The notes below the pieces were generated by a model, which saw only the letters and a list, made by a program, of their open reading frames with translations, had not been told where the DNA came from and made no database searches. Shown here in pieces: positions 28,387-37,280 of a stretch of DNA of 55,712 bases. Every line of letters starts with the position of its first letter. Within the stretch, counting starts at the first letter, position 1. The position numbers and the translations under genes were made by a program. The DNA comes from a virus (lineage: Duplodnaviria; Caudoviricetes): the IMG/VR virus record IMGVR_UViG_3300040807_003706, positions 1 through 55,712 of that record. One strand, given 5' to 3'.

Positions 28387-28704
28387 TCAACCGTCCTCCT
28401 CTTCGTCATCTTCATCGCGAATGGAAGCAAGTTGTTCTTCAATGCCATCCATGATGTAAGCCTTGGCCATTGCCACTGCTTCAAACACTAAAAATTTGGC
28501 AGGCTCAAACTGTGAATCAGGAAGCTCATAAACACTCACCACATATTCGTGCGTCTCCTCTAAGCGCCCATTCTTAAAAACTTGCTTTTCAACAAGCTCC
28601 CAGCGAGAAGTATTTCGATGTGCATTCCGAGACAGAATCTGCAAGGCCTGCATCACACTGATGCCATCTTCTTCCTCACGCACAACCCTGATCCCTTCCA
28701 TCAT
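28387..28704 (-). CDS. Hypothetical protein
   Basis: ORF track; acidic tail. Confidence 0.6.
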   Translation of the reverse strand: MMEGIRVVREEEDGISVMQALQILSRNAHRNTSRWELVEKQVFKNGRLEETHEYVVSVYELPDSQFEPAKFLVFEAVAMAKAYIMDGIEEQLASIRDEDDEEEDG

Positions 28705-28727
28705 TTTTGCTGACGCTTTTCAGCATC

Positions 28728-29027
28728 CTACTTCCGCCTTTTCCTTAAGGACGCCAAATAACCTTTACAACGGGCCTCTGCAGGATTGGCATCCATCTCT
28801 TCCTCTTCCTCCATGCCTTGCTTACTCATCGAGCCGCACATCGTGTCGATGTAGGCATCCCAGTAGGCATCGCTTTTCTCTTTCTTCTCCATGCCAGCTT
28901 CGCTCATTGCAATGGCAATGGCTTGCTGGCGGCTTTTCACGGGCTCGCCACTGCTGCTCTTGAGAGTGCCAGCTTTAAATTCGCGCATCACCTTACGCAC
29001 TTTTGCCTGCTTTTGCTTAGTAGTCAT
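28728..29027 (-). CDS. DUF6496-like small basic protein
   Basis: KVRKVMREFKAGTLKSSSG..VKSRQQAIAIAMSEAG motif. Confidence 0.75.
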   Translation of the reverse strand: MTTKQKQAKVRKVMREFKAGTLKSSSGEPVKSRQQAIAIAMSEAGMEKKEKSDAYWDAYIDTMCGSMSKQGMEEEEEMDANPAEARCKGYLASLRKRRK

Positions 29028-29566
29028 TTAATTACAAGCCCCCAAAAATACAAATCGTAACTCTTTGTATTTACCTTAAAGCAATGTTCTGAAAACATGC
29101 AAGCAATGGGAAATGTAGTATAAAAATCTTCTTCAATTAAATTCTTGTAATAATCCCAGCCTTTGCTTACGGTCAATGGACTGCTACCCCTATCGCTTCT
29201 TGTCGTGCCGTGCTCAGGGCGTCCAGCAGTGGCACATGTCATCACTATCAATCCTTCATCTCTCACTAAACGGTGCATGTTTGCGAACGTGGCTTCCCAA
29301 TAGGGATTGTGCTCAAAACACTCAGCAGAAATAGCCACATCAAAACTCCCCGTGGCCCCGTCATAATCCTGCCCCTCGCACACCACATCAACGCCTTTCC
29401 CAGGCCCCACGTCAACGCCTACATACTCCTTCGGCTTTTCAAAGAAGCGCCTCACGCTTCCATTGATATCAAGACTCCCCATCTCAATAATTCTTCCTCC
29501 ATGAAAGAACGACGGAAATTCGTTTTTTACACTTTGTACAAACTCTTGCTGTTCAAAATGCGCCAT
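29024..29566 (-). CDS. Class I SAM-dependent methyltransferase
   Basis: IEMGSLDINGS, YVGVD..PG.GVD, FDVAIS.ECFEH motifs; start ATG 29566. Confidence 0.85.
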   Translation of the reverse strand: MAHFEQQEFVQSVKNEFPSFFHGGRIIEMGSLDINGSVRRFFEKPKEYVGVDVGPGKGVDVVCEGQDYDGATGSFDVAISAECFEHNPYWEATFANMHRLVRDEGLIVMTCATAGRPEHGTTRSDRGSSPLTVSKGWDYYKNLIEEDFYTTFPIACMFSEHCFKVNTKSYDLYFWGLVIK

Positions 29567-29568
29567 TG

Positions 29569-30255
29569 CTATTTGCCAAATGGAAAAGTAAATTGTTCCT
29601 TGCCAGGAAGGCCTCCCCATTTTGATTGATAGTAGGCCTTGTTGCGCTCAAAGCAACACCAATGCATTCGCTTGTAACGATCATCGCCGCTATGTAATGT
29701 GCTGCTGTTGTCATGCTTCCACGAATGAAGATTCACCTTAATCACAGGATTATTCTCCACCAACAATCGCCAACGGCAGTCGTTATCTTCAAAATAAGCA
29801 GGCGCAAATAACTCATCAAAACCCCCCATTCCCAACCAACGCTCAGGACGATTTACGTAAAACGTAGAAAACCCGCCAACGGGATGATTCGTCTCTAGCA
29901 AAATACTACCAGGATTGGCATCAGCGGCCTCTAAAAAGGCCGCGATATCATTTAGTCCAAACACTACATCATCATTCGCAATAATGCATTGATTAAGTTG
30001 ATTGATTAGATAATTCCAGGACTTTGCCACGCCAAGGTTGTACGGTGGCACTGCAATCTTCCATTTGGAAAGATCGCAGCATTCCGCTAATGCGTCAACG
30101 GCGAAATTCTCCTTCATTTGCCCACCATTGTCAAGAATGAGTACCTCTGCTTCTATGCAAGGGTGCTCATCATTAAGAAGATGATTGCACAAGCGGATGA
30201 GCTTGTCATAACAAGAAAGCGTGGGAATCCCCACGCTTACGCGACGCTTAGTCAT
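29569..30255 (-). CDS. Glycosyltransferase family 2 (GT-A)
   Basis: VGIPT, ILDNG, NLGVAKSWN, ANDD, GGFDELFAPAYFEDND motifs. Confidence 0.85.
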   Translation of the reverse strand: MTKRRVSVGIPTLSCYDKLIRLCNHLLNDEHPCIEAEVLILDNGGQMKENFAVDALAECCDLSKWKIAVPPYNLGVAKSWNYLINQLNQCIIANDDVVFGLNDIAAFLEAADANPGSILLETNHPVGGFSTFYVNRPERWLGMGGFDELFAPAYFEDNDCRWRLLVENNPVIKVNLHSWKHDNSSTLHSGDDRYKRMHWCCFERNKAYYQSKWGGLPGKEQFTFPFGK

Positions 30256-31444
30256 TGCCAAAGCCCTTGCCACAAGTAGGCTCTTTCAAGACATTGCTAA
30301 CAATTTCAACGACGCTTGCACCAATCGTGCTCCACGAATACTTCTCATCCTGAAGTTCGTCGTAGCACCATTGCGCCACCTTGTCAAGGTTTTCGCGATT
30401 TTCGTAATAATTATTAAGAATGGCCACGAGGTCATCTGCGGAAGGAATACCGCGATCCAAGCCGTAATTGCAATCCACTTCCCAGCTTTCAATGGGAATA
30501 CGCGGAATGCCTTTGAAGATTTCTTTCAGCGATGTATGATCAGGCACGATTTGAGCAGTACGTGTAGCAGCATGCTCAAAGTTCACCAGGCCCCAGCCTT
30601 CGCCAATGCAAGTATTAATACCCACGTCACAAGCGTTATAGACAAGATTTAGCTTGTCAATTGGCAGGCAATTTGTTACATCAAAATCTTTACTGGTAAG
30701 AATTAACTTCCCGGCAGGATCGTAACCATAATCACGAGACATCCGCTTGAACAATGCAATCAAGTCCCATCCTTGATCTTTCGGTCCCATGTTTAGCCAC
30801 AAACGCGCATTGGGCTTATCCAGCGCAAACTTAATAAACGCTTTAATAGTCAAATCAATACGTTTTCGAGGCTGATTTCGATTGCCATTGAAAACAATAA
30901 ATAAATCTTCAGGCACACCCATTGCCTTGCGGGCTTCATCCTGCTTCACAGGGAAGAATGTAGATCGATTAATGCCATGAGGAATTACATCGCACGGCAT
31001 TTCACAGCCCGCCTTGCGCACTTCTTCCAAACCGAACTGCGTATAAGTAGCCATACCATCCCATTCCTTACAGTCTTCAAACACCTCCGGGAAGAATCCA
31101 TAGCTGTCGGTAGGAAAGTAACCATACCATTTAAAACCAATCTTTTCTTTCAACGGCTTGGCCACCTTCCAAAGCTTATTCAGCACCCAAATATCATTCA
31201 CCGCAAACACCAAATCGGGCTTCTCCTTGATCAGAAGCTCCTGCATCCGATGAGAACCAAACGGATCGGATCCTCCTGCATTAGCTGGATACATCCGATA
31301 GGGCAGCTCATGCGGGTCACCCCACCAGTTGACGGCGAGCACCACCATTTCATGCTCTTTCGCAAGCTCAGGCAGCAAATTCTCTGCCACCCGTCCGAAT
31401 CCAGTTTGAACTGCAGCGTCTCCGCAGTAAAGTATTTTGGCCAT
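30248..31444 (-). CDS. Glycosyltransferase family 4 (GT-B)
   Basis: TGFGRV, IPHGI, NRNQPRKR, YNACDVG and EGWGLVNFE motifs. Confidence 0.88.
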   Translation of the reverse strand: MAKILYCGDAAVQTGFGRVAENLLPELAKEHEMVVLAVNWWGDPHELPYRMYPANAGGSDPFGSHRMQELLIKEKPDLVFAVNDIWVLNKLWKVAKPLKEKIGFKWYGYFPTDSYGFFPEVFEDCKEWDGMATYTQFGLEEVRKAGCEMPCDVIPHGINRSTFFPVKQDEARKAMGVPEDLFIVFNGNRNQPRKRIDLTIKAFIKFALDKPNARLWLNMGPKDQGWDLIALFKRMSRDYGYDPAGKLILTSKDFDVTNCLPIDKLNLVYNACDVGINTCIGEGWGLVNFEHAATRTAQIVPDHTSLKEIFKGIPRIPIESWEVDCNYGLDRGIPSADDLVAILNNYYENRENLDKVAQWCYDELQDEKYSWSTIGASVVEIVSNVLKEPTCGKGFGND

Positions 31445-31482
31445 ACAAAGCGCAATGTCTTGCGCAATGTTAGGCCTAGTTT

Positions 31483-32145
31483 TCAGACCGGGACTGTCGG
31501 CACAGCATTACGCTTGTATTCAACACTGCACCTACATCTAGACCGGCATTCGCAGCGCTGCCCAGGCATCGGCAGGCTTCCCATCGACACCAATCCAGCC
31601 CTTGCATAGCGAAGGCAGTCATCGCAATGCTGCGCTTGCGGATCGAGAATGCGACGCATTAAGGAGTAGCCCTGTCGTTCCTGGCGAATACTGGTGCCTT
31701 CCCAGTAAGAACCTCGCACGCTCTCAGCATATAGCTGCACACGAGCAAGAGCCATGGCAGTAGAAACGCGACCAGCCAGAATATCCCCAGCAAACTTCTG
31801 AAGATAACCGTATTCCGCACGAAGCCTTTGACCGATGCGGCCATACTCTGCGCTGCCCATACCGTCCTTGCCACCATGCCCAAGCACTGTTGCTTGAATA
31901 TGAGCAGCCTTAATTGCCTCGCGGACACTACCTTGCCACTGATCAATTGTGATGTTGCCATCGGCCAGCATTTGAGTGAAACGGCGTAGCTGCTGACCAA
32001 GCTTGTCGATGCGACCATCGACAAGCGCCATCACAGCCTTCTGGCTCATGAATTGGCCAGAGGGGCGCCTGTAGCGCCCCAGCTTAGTGTCATATGACCA
32101 TTCGGCATCAAACCGAGGCCACGAATCACTCAATGGGCTGAGCAT
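31483..32145 (-). CDS. Head morphogenesis protein (gpF/SPP1 gp7-like)
   Basis: C-terminal HCDDC...LP.PG..CECRSRCRC; follows the portal. Confidence 0.7.
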   Translation of the reverse strand: MLSPLSDSWPRFDAEWSYDTKLGRYRRPSGQFMSQKAVMALVDGRIDKLGQQLRRFTQMLADGNITIDQWQGSVREAIKAAHIQATVLGHGGKDGMGSAEYGRIGQRLRAEYGYLQKFAGDILAGRVSTAMALARVQLYAESVRGSYWEGTSIRQERQGYSLMRRILDPQAQHCDDCLRYARAGLVSMGSLPMPGQRCECRSRCRCSVEYKRNAVPTVPV

Positions 32146-34036
32146 CAGAAGCCTCCAGAATGTCCTTAAAGCGCTCCGGCGCCTCCGCCTTCCACTGGTT
32201 CAATGCAGAATCAATATCGGCTTGGGAAATCAGGGAGGCCTCGTCGATATCGCTAAGAATGAGGCCTTCGGCCTTCATCGGTTTGATGGCATCCTTCTTG
32301 AAATACTCGGCAGTCTCTTTCTTGCCCTTGAAAGCGCCTTCCATGTTGCCATGCTTGCGCTTATACAGCTCTTTGTACTTTCGCGTTACATAGGCGCCGG
32401 CCACTGCGCTCGGCCAAGTTTTGAACTTGGCTTTCGCTGCAGCAATTGCCTTTTTGTGGAGTTCCTTGTCTTTGAATTCCACGTCGCCACGCTGATGCTC
32501 TAAATCCCGAGAGAGATAGAGGCCCGCCTCATCCATCTTCTCCGATTCCGCCCCTTCAGAAGCTTCTCGCGTTCCATCCATAGGAAGACTGCCGTTTTGT
32601 TGATCCAAAGGATCACGCCCGCCAGGAGGCACTGCCATCTTCCCGTCGCCATTGCCCGCCTTGTCAGGTATTTCTCGCACGATGGACGGATCAATGGTGG
32701 TCTCAATGCTGTATTCGCTCTTACCGAAACGGCTATCTGCCACTTCTTGAGGCGTGAGCACACCCACTTGGATGTAACGAGCATCCACCGCAGCCACACG
32801 CGCACGCACGTCTGCCAGCTCTCGTTCGTTCATCTCGAACAACGGTTTGAAGCTGACGCGCCAATTATCCGGCACGCGCCCGTTTGTCGGCCCTGTCTTG
32901 CTCAACATTATGTATTCCATCAGCTTTGTCAGGGGCTTACGGAAATGCGACTCTTGATAGTGATGGCACACTTTTGCAAAATCACGCTCTTCAGAGCGAC
33001 CAGTGGCGCCAAGGCCTGATGGCGACTGGCCAAAAAGCAATGTGTGAGGAATACCAGAAGCTGCAATGATGTCGATGCGCAGCTTCTCAAGAATTTCCGA
33101 CACGCCGCCAAAATTACGACCAATAAATTCCAACTCTTCCTTTTCAGCGTCAATCGCGTAGCCGCGATAGATGCTCTTACTCATATCATTCAATTGCAGG
33201 CGATCCCGCACTTGACTTTCCTTGCCTGCAACAAGCATCGAAGCCAAGCCTCTCACTTTGTGAACAAAAATGTCAAACTCAGTGAGAAGAGTTGCAATGG
33301 AGGAAGTGCCACTGTAGTAGTGGTTGAAGCTCTCAAACACGCTCTGCAGCACGCTCATGCCCCAGCCATAGTTCTTCTGGCGTGTACGATAAGGCAACCA
33401 AATGCCATCAAAACGCAAAATCCGGTCTTTATGAATAGCGCGAAGATTGGGCTGCTGAATTAGATCGCCAGAGATGATTTGATAGTAAGTCGCTTTGGCG
33501 TAATCGTACAAACTATCTTCACTAATAATCGGCGCAATTTGATGGCGGTCTAAACATTCCATGCCTTCAATGGCACGAATGTTATTCCGATCTACGGGCA
33601 TGTCAGAAGGACGCCCGTCATCGATGTAAAGAAGCAAAGCACTTCCGCCATAAAGGCGGGAAGTGCGGGCTGCTTCATTGAATGAAGGCAAAATCTCTAG
33701 ATCTTCAATAGCCTGTTCAACACCGGAAAGCGTTTCTGCATTTACGCCTTCCCCGCCAAATAAAATCTCGAAACCTTCTCGTGTGCATTCATCGGCCACA
33801 AGATCAACAATGCGCCGCATGAGCCAGTGCGCATAAAGGCCTTCAAGGTCTTCATGGCCCATAAAGCTGATGGGCTTAACAGTGGTGCGAGTGGTTTTAT
33901 CACGTGACGTGCCCATGCCGGTGAACACGTTTTGCAGGCCATCAGCCCGGATGCCACCGGCAGTCCCATGGCCAAGCTGAACCATGTCCACACCTTGTGT
34001 AACGTCAGCCATGCATAAAGAATCCTGATGTTGCAA
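32126..34036 (-). CDS. Portal protein (DUF1073 family) with C-terminal extension
   Basis: RRIVD..ADEC.REG, RLYGGS, IH.DRILRF, WGMSVL, IPHTLLFGQSPSGL.ATG and FKPL motifs. Confidence 0.88.
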   Translation of the reverse strand: MQHQDSLCMADVTQGVDMVQLGHGTAGGIRADGLQNVFTGMGTSRDKTTRTTVKPISFMGHEDLEGLYAHWLMRRIVDLVADECTREGFEILFGGEGVNAETLSGVEQAIEDLEILPSFNEAARTSRLYGGSALLLYIDDGRPSDMPVDRNNIRAIEGMECLDRHQIAPIISEDSLYDYAKATYYQIISGDLIQQPNLRAIHKDRILRFDGIWLPYRTRQKNYGWGMSVLQSVFESFNHYYSGTSSIATLLTEFDIFVHKVRGLASMLVAGKESQVRDRLQLNDMSKSIYRGYAIDAEKEELEFIGRNFGGVSEILEKLRIDIIAASGIPHTLLFGQSPSGLGATGRSEERDFAKVCHHYQESHFRKPLTKLMEYIMLSKTGPTNGRVPDNWRVSFKPLFEMNERELADVRARVAAVDARYIQVGVLTPQEVADSRFGKSEYSIETTIDPSIVREIPDKAGNGDGKMAVPPGGRDPLDQQNGSLPMDGTREASEGAESEKMDEAGLYLSRDLEHQRGDVEFKDKELHKKAIAAAKAKFKTWPSAVAGAYVTRKYKELYKRKHGNMEGAFKGKKETAEYFKKDAIKPMKAEGLILSDIDEASLISQADIDSALNQWKAEAPERFKDILEASDAQPIE

Positions 34037-34085
34037 TCATTCTAAAACTGGATACATTGAATCGTCAGGATACGCCTAGCACACA

Positions 34086-34613
34086 ATGGGTTACATAACG
34101 TGGGTTTTATCACCTTCCGAAAAGGCTCTTGCTATCACAGAAGGCGAACGCAGGCAGGCCGTTAACGTCGCGCAAGGCAAGCTGGGCCGAAATAACGGCC
34201 CAGCACATGGTGAAAATGCACTCCGCATACACATTCTTGGTGCTGGCGGTGAGATGGCAGTCGCTTCATATCTTGGCCTTAAAGATGAAGTGTTTCAAGA
34301 AACGGAAGCAAACCGAGGAAGTTCTGATCTCCCCTTCAATATTGATGTGAAAACACGCTCTCGGCATTACTATGATCTAATCTGCCTTCTCGATGAACGT
34401 GAAGATAAGGCCCTGGTTCTCGTTACGGTCGAAAACCGCGAAATTAGGCTCCATGGCTGGATACGAGCCAGTGAAGCCAAACAAGCTCAATGGAAGAAAG
34501 AATATGTGGCAAATCGCCCCTGCTATTTCGTTCCTAAAGAAAATCTTCGCTCTATGGAGGAATTGAAAAAATGCTTAGCTGCTCAGACTTTGCCAAGCAC
34601 GCTCTTCGATTAG
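34086..34613 (+). CDS. Hypothetical protein, possible PD-(D/E)XK nuclease
   Basis: GAGGE.AVA..L...SD....IDVKT motif. Confidence 0.5.
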   Translation: MGYITWVLSPSEKALAITEGERRQAVNVAQGKLGRNNGPAHGENALRIHILGAGGEMAVASYLGLKDEVFQETEANRGSSDLPFNIDVKTRSRHYYDLICLLDEREDKALVLVTVENREIRLHGWIRASEAKQAQWKKEYVANRPCYFVPKENLRSMEELKKCLAAQTLPSTLFD

Positions 34614-35935
34614 AGCTCTATCCCAAACAAGCTGAAATCCTCGACAGCTTCTTCACTGGAGGATTCTCACAAGCAACATGGGCTCTTGGTCGACGTAGTG
34701 GCAAAACGCTCATGGCTGCAGTGGCATGCGTCTACATTTGCTTTGTCTTGGAAGAAAAATACAAAAGCAAAGTGCGAAAAGGGGAGAAATGGTACGTGCT
34801 GACAGTGGCAAACAGTCAAGACCAAAGCCGCATCGCTCTAAATAACATTCGTCAGCTCATTCTTGATAGCCCCTTTGCCCAAGAAATTGCTCGCGAAACA
34901 GCAGATCAGCTTGAGATGAGCAATGGCTGCGTGTTTAAAGCAATTCCCACTTCTGGCCGTGCCGCTCGTGGTCTTGCTTGCTGTGCTTGCGTGTTTGATG
35001 AACTTGCTTTCGCTGTGGACGGTGATGCTAATTCCGGCGCCAACGGCATCTATCAGGCACTTTCTCCTGCAGTGGCGCAGTTCGGCCGGGAAGGCAAGAT
35101 CCTTGAACTCTCCTCGCCCTGGCTCACAGACGGGCTCTTCTATCAACACTTCAAGGAAGCCGCCTCAGGGCGGTTTCCTCATTTGCAAGCTGTAAATCTC
35201 CCAACATGGGAGATGAATCCCACCATCTCTCGCGAATTTCTAGAACTGGAGCGCCAACGCGATCCAGATAAATTCAATGTGGAATACGGGGCACAATTCT
35301 CTGCCAACCTCTCCGCCCTCATTTCCCCAGACGTGGTAGAAGCCTGCATTGATGACAAACGCAAAGCCCTGCCTCCTGAAGAGGCATTTATGGGAACTTA
35401 TGTATTAGCGCTTGACCCAGCTCGCGGCGGCTTGGGGCGAGATAACTACACCGCATGCATTGTTCATTTCAATAATGGCACGTTGGTCGTCGATAAGTTT
35501 CATACGTTTATTGCTGACTTTGAAATCAATGGAAGAAAGGAAGTGAATATTAACGCCGTTGAAGACTGGATAAGGGAGCAACACAAGCTTTATTTGTTTG
35601 ACAAAATTGTCATGGATCAATACAACAGTGCTGGCACAATTCAAGCCCTTGCTGGCGATTTTCCCATTGAGGAACTCACTTGGACTATTAATTCCAAAGT
35701 AAAAGCATTCTCGAAAATGCGAGAGTTGTTTAACGCTGGACAAGTGAACATTTACGATCACGAGAAAGCAATTAGTGAGATTAAAAATCTTACGGTTATT
35801 TACAGGGCAGGCGGGCAATGGACTGTAACTGGTGGCAAACAAACCGGCATTGATGACCATGCATTTGCATTGGCTGCAGCAATTCATGCTGCAAATCAAG
35901 ACGATGAGGCTAATTGGCTAGACGGATTCATTTAA
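34571..35935 (+). CDS. terL: Terminase large subunit
   Basis: Walker A GRRSGKT, Walker B VFDE, LSSP coupling motif, EYGAQF, nuclease LALDPA and DD.A.ALA. Confidence 0.92.
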   Translation: MLSCSDFAKHALRLELYPKQAEILDSFFTGGFSQATWALGRRSGKTLMAAVACVYICFVLEEKYKSKVRKGEKWYVLTVANSQDQSRIALNNIRQLILDSPFAQEIARETADQLEMSNGCVFKAIPTSGRAARGLACCACVFDELAFAVDGDANSGANGIYQALSPAVAQFGREGKILELSSPWLTDGLFYQHFKEAASGRFPHLQAVNLPTWEMNPTISREFLELERQRDPDKFNVEYGAQFSANLSALISPDVVEACIDDKRKALPPEEAFMGTYVLALDPARGGLGRDNYTACIVHFNNGTLVVDKFHTFIADFEINGRKEVNINAVEDWIREQHKLYLFDKIVMDQYNSAGTIQALAGDFPIEELTWTINSKVKAFSKMRELFNAGQVNIYDHEKAISEIKNLTVIYRAGGQWTVTGGKQTGIDDHAFALAAAIHAANQDDEANWLDGFI

Positions 35936-35972
35936 CCATCTAGTATGTTCAAGAATTTATTTTTGCTATGCA

Positions 35973-36155
35973 GTGGAAACAATTGAGCTTAACTACAAGG
36001 AAGTGCAATTCCTAGTGGCGCTCCTGGAGGGTGACCGCCAAACTGCCCTTCAACTTCTCGCGGCAGAGCATTTTTATCAACCTTCTTTATTGCCTCGTTT
36101 GCGCAAAATTCAGCAAACGCTTAAAAAACAGCAACGCCAAGAACAATCTGCCTAA
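35973..36155 (+). CDS. Hypothetical protein
   Basis: ORF track, GTG start; fills the gap after terL. Confidence 0.55.
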   Translation: METIELNYKEVQFLVALLEGDRQTALQLLAAEHFYQPSLLPRLRKIQQTLKKQQRQEQSA

Positions 36156-36189
36156 AACCGCCTATCCTGAAAGCGCTTAGGACAATGCA

Positions 36190-36432
36190 ATGGACAAAGA
36201 AGCTCTTCACAAGGCCTTTGCAAAAGTAGTAGACGCCTCTTTTGCATTCACCATGGCTTTTAACGAGCATGGGGCAGATAGTGAGCAAGCTTGCACGGCA
36301 AATAATTCCTATGTCGAGGCCATGGCAGCTTATAGAAAGGAAGCAGAACTCCCTTTTTCCACCTCAACACGCTGGGAGATTTTATGCCGGCAGAGTCCCG
36401 AAGCTCCCGAGTGCCGTCTCTACGACGTATGA
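36190..36432 (+). CDS. cp12: CP12-like Calvin cycle inhibitor (divergent)
   Basis: C-terminal WEILCRQSPEAPECRLYDV matches the CP12 C-x8-C-R-x-Y-D motif. Confidence 0.7.
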   Translation: MDKEALHKAFAKVVDASFAFTMAFNEHGADSEQACTANNSYVEAMAAYRKEAELPFSTSTRWEILCRQSPEAPECRLYDV

Positions 36433-36554
36433 ATGACAATACAGTTTGCATGCAATACATTCTTGATGGCCGCAAACGCCAAATTCGCATGCCGCTTCAT
36501 GAAGCACGTCACCACCATCGCTGGATTTTGGAGCAAAGTGGAACCATCCATTAG
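36429..36554 (+). CDS. Small hypothetical protein (41 aa)
   Basis: Manual translation MNDNTVCMQYILDGRKRQIRMPLHEARHHHRWILEQSGTIH; ATGA overlap with cp12. Confidence 0.5.
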   Translation: MNDNTVCMQYILDGRKRQIRMPLHEARHHHRWILEQSGTIH

Positions 36555-36606
36555 ACTTGGCGGCAATAGCGCCATTCTTTTATTTTTGTTTTATAGTTGC
36601 TAAGCA

Positions 36607-36777
36607 GTCGCGATGCAGCCACAAAGGGACGCCTAAGTGGTTCCACAAGGGGTGGTTCAGGCACCCCTTATTCAGGAAAGGAGGGGAAGTCCTTTCCGCA
36701 ATGTCCGCACCAGGACGATGAAGCAGCGGAAGGGCCGCCGCACGGCCATTATTGGACTATCGCGTCCTACTTCCGCC
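36607..36777 (+). ncRNA. Multi-hairpin structured RNA upstream of the tRNA
   Basis: Several perfect stems (see findings); possible extended -10 (TGcTAAGCA) at 36598. Confidence 0.55.
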
Positions 36778-36781
36778 TTTT

Positions 36782-36855
36782 GCCCTTGTAGCCCAATTGG
36801 TAGAGGCATCTGGTTTAAGCCCAGAAAAGTGTCAGTTCGAATCTGACCAAGGGCA
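36782..36855 (+). tRNA. trnL: tRNA-Leu(TAA)
   Basis: Acceptor GCCCTTG/CAAGGGC, anticodon arm TCTGG-TTTAAGC-CCAGA, T arm GTCAG-TTCGAAT-CTGAC. Confidence 0.85.
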
Positions 36856-36872
36856 TCATGCTAAGCTGAAGC

Positions 36873-36929
36873 AACGTTCGCTCCGGCAATGGAGTGCATG
36901 ACAATACGGCAGGGAACGGGGCCGTATTT
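36873..36929 (+). promoter_or_regulatory. Glutamine-II (Downstream-peptide) riboswitch-like element
   Basis: CGTTC...GGAACGGGG core, CTCC/GGAG hairpin and AATACGGC/GCCGTATT stem; preceded by TGcTAAGCT -10; followed by a YRG peptide gene. Confidence 0.7.
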
Positions 36930-36943
36930 CATCGGGAACCATC

Positions 36944-37063
36944 ATGAATCCTCTTGCACTGATCAAGCAACAGCTTGAAAAAGCCGCTCGTCTGCGCGAA
37001 GCACAAATGGCCTCTCTCGTCTATCGAGGCGTGGCTTACGTGCCCAAACCGCACTGGTTCTGA
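36944..37063 (+). CDS. YRG-motif peptide (DUF4278-like), 39 aa
   Basis: Manual translation MNPLALIKQQLEKAARLREAQMASLVYRGVAYVPKPHWF. Confidence 0.75.
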   Translation: MNPLALIKQQLEKAARLREAQMASLVYRGVAYVPKPHWF

Positions 37064-37070
37064 GCTTAAT

Positions 37071-37101
37071 AAAAAAGGGGCCTCAAGGCCCCTTTTCTTT
37101 T
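37071..37101. terminator. Bidirectional terminator
   Basis: AAAAAAGGGGCC-TCAA-GGCCCCTTTTCTTTT between convergent genes. Confidence 0.75.
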
Positions 37102-37280
37102 ACTGGCAGTGTGCATTCAACGTCGTTCCAGTGACGGATGACTCCTGCAATGATAAAAATATTAGTGGTCATGTATAAAAATAGTACAGCAGTTCTTATA
37201 AGGGCAACAATATCTGCTTCTTTTTTATTCTTTCCAGTCTTCTCGCCAAGTGCTTTTGCCCAAAGCCGCCACATAATCAT
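37083..37280 (-). CDS. Small membrane protein
   Basis: MWRLWAKALGEK...AD.VA.IRT...TN.FIIAGVIRHW; one hydrophobic helix; resembles a recurrent cyanophage family. Confidence 0.7.
   Translation of the reverse strand: MIMWRLWAKALGEKTGKNKKEADIVALIRTAVLFLYMTTNIFIIAGVIRHWNDVECTLPVKEKGP

Noticed and set aside
32126-34036. Anti-CBASS Acb1 annotation often attached to DUF1073 proteins
   Set aside because: No HxT/HxS 2H-phosphoesterase domain is visible in the extension; position and motifs indicate a portal
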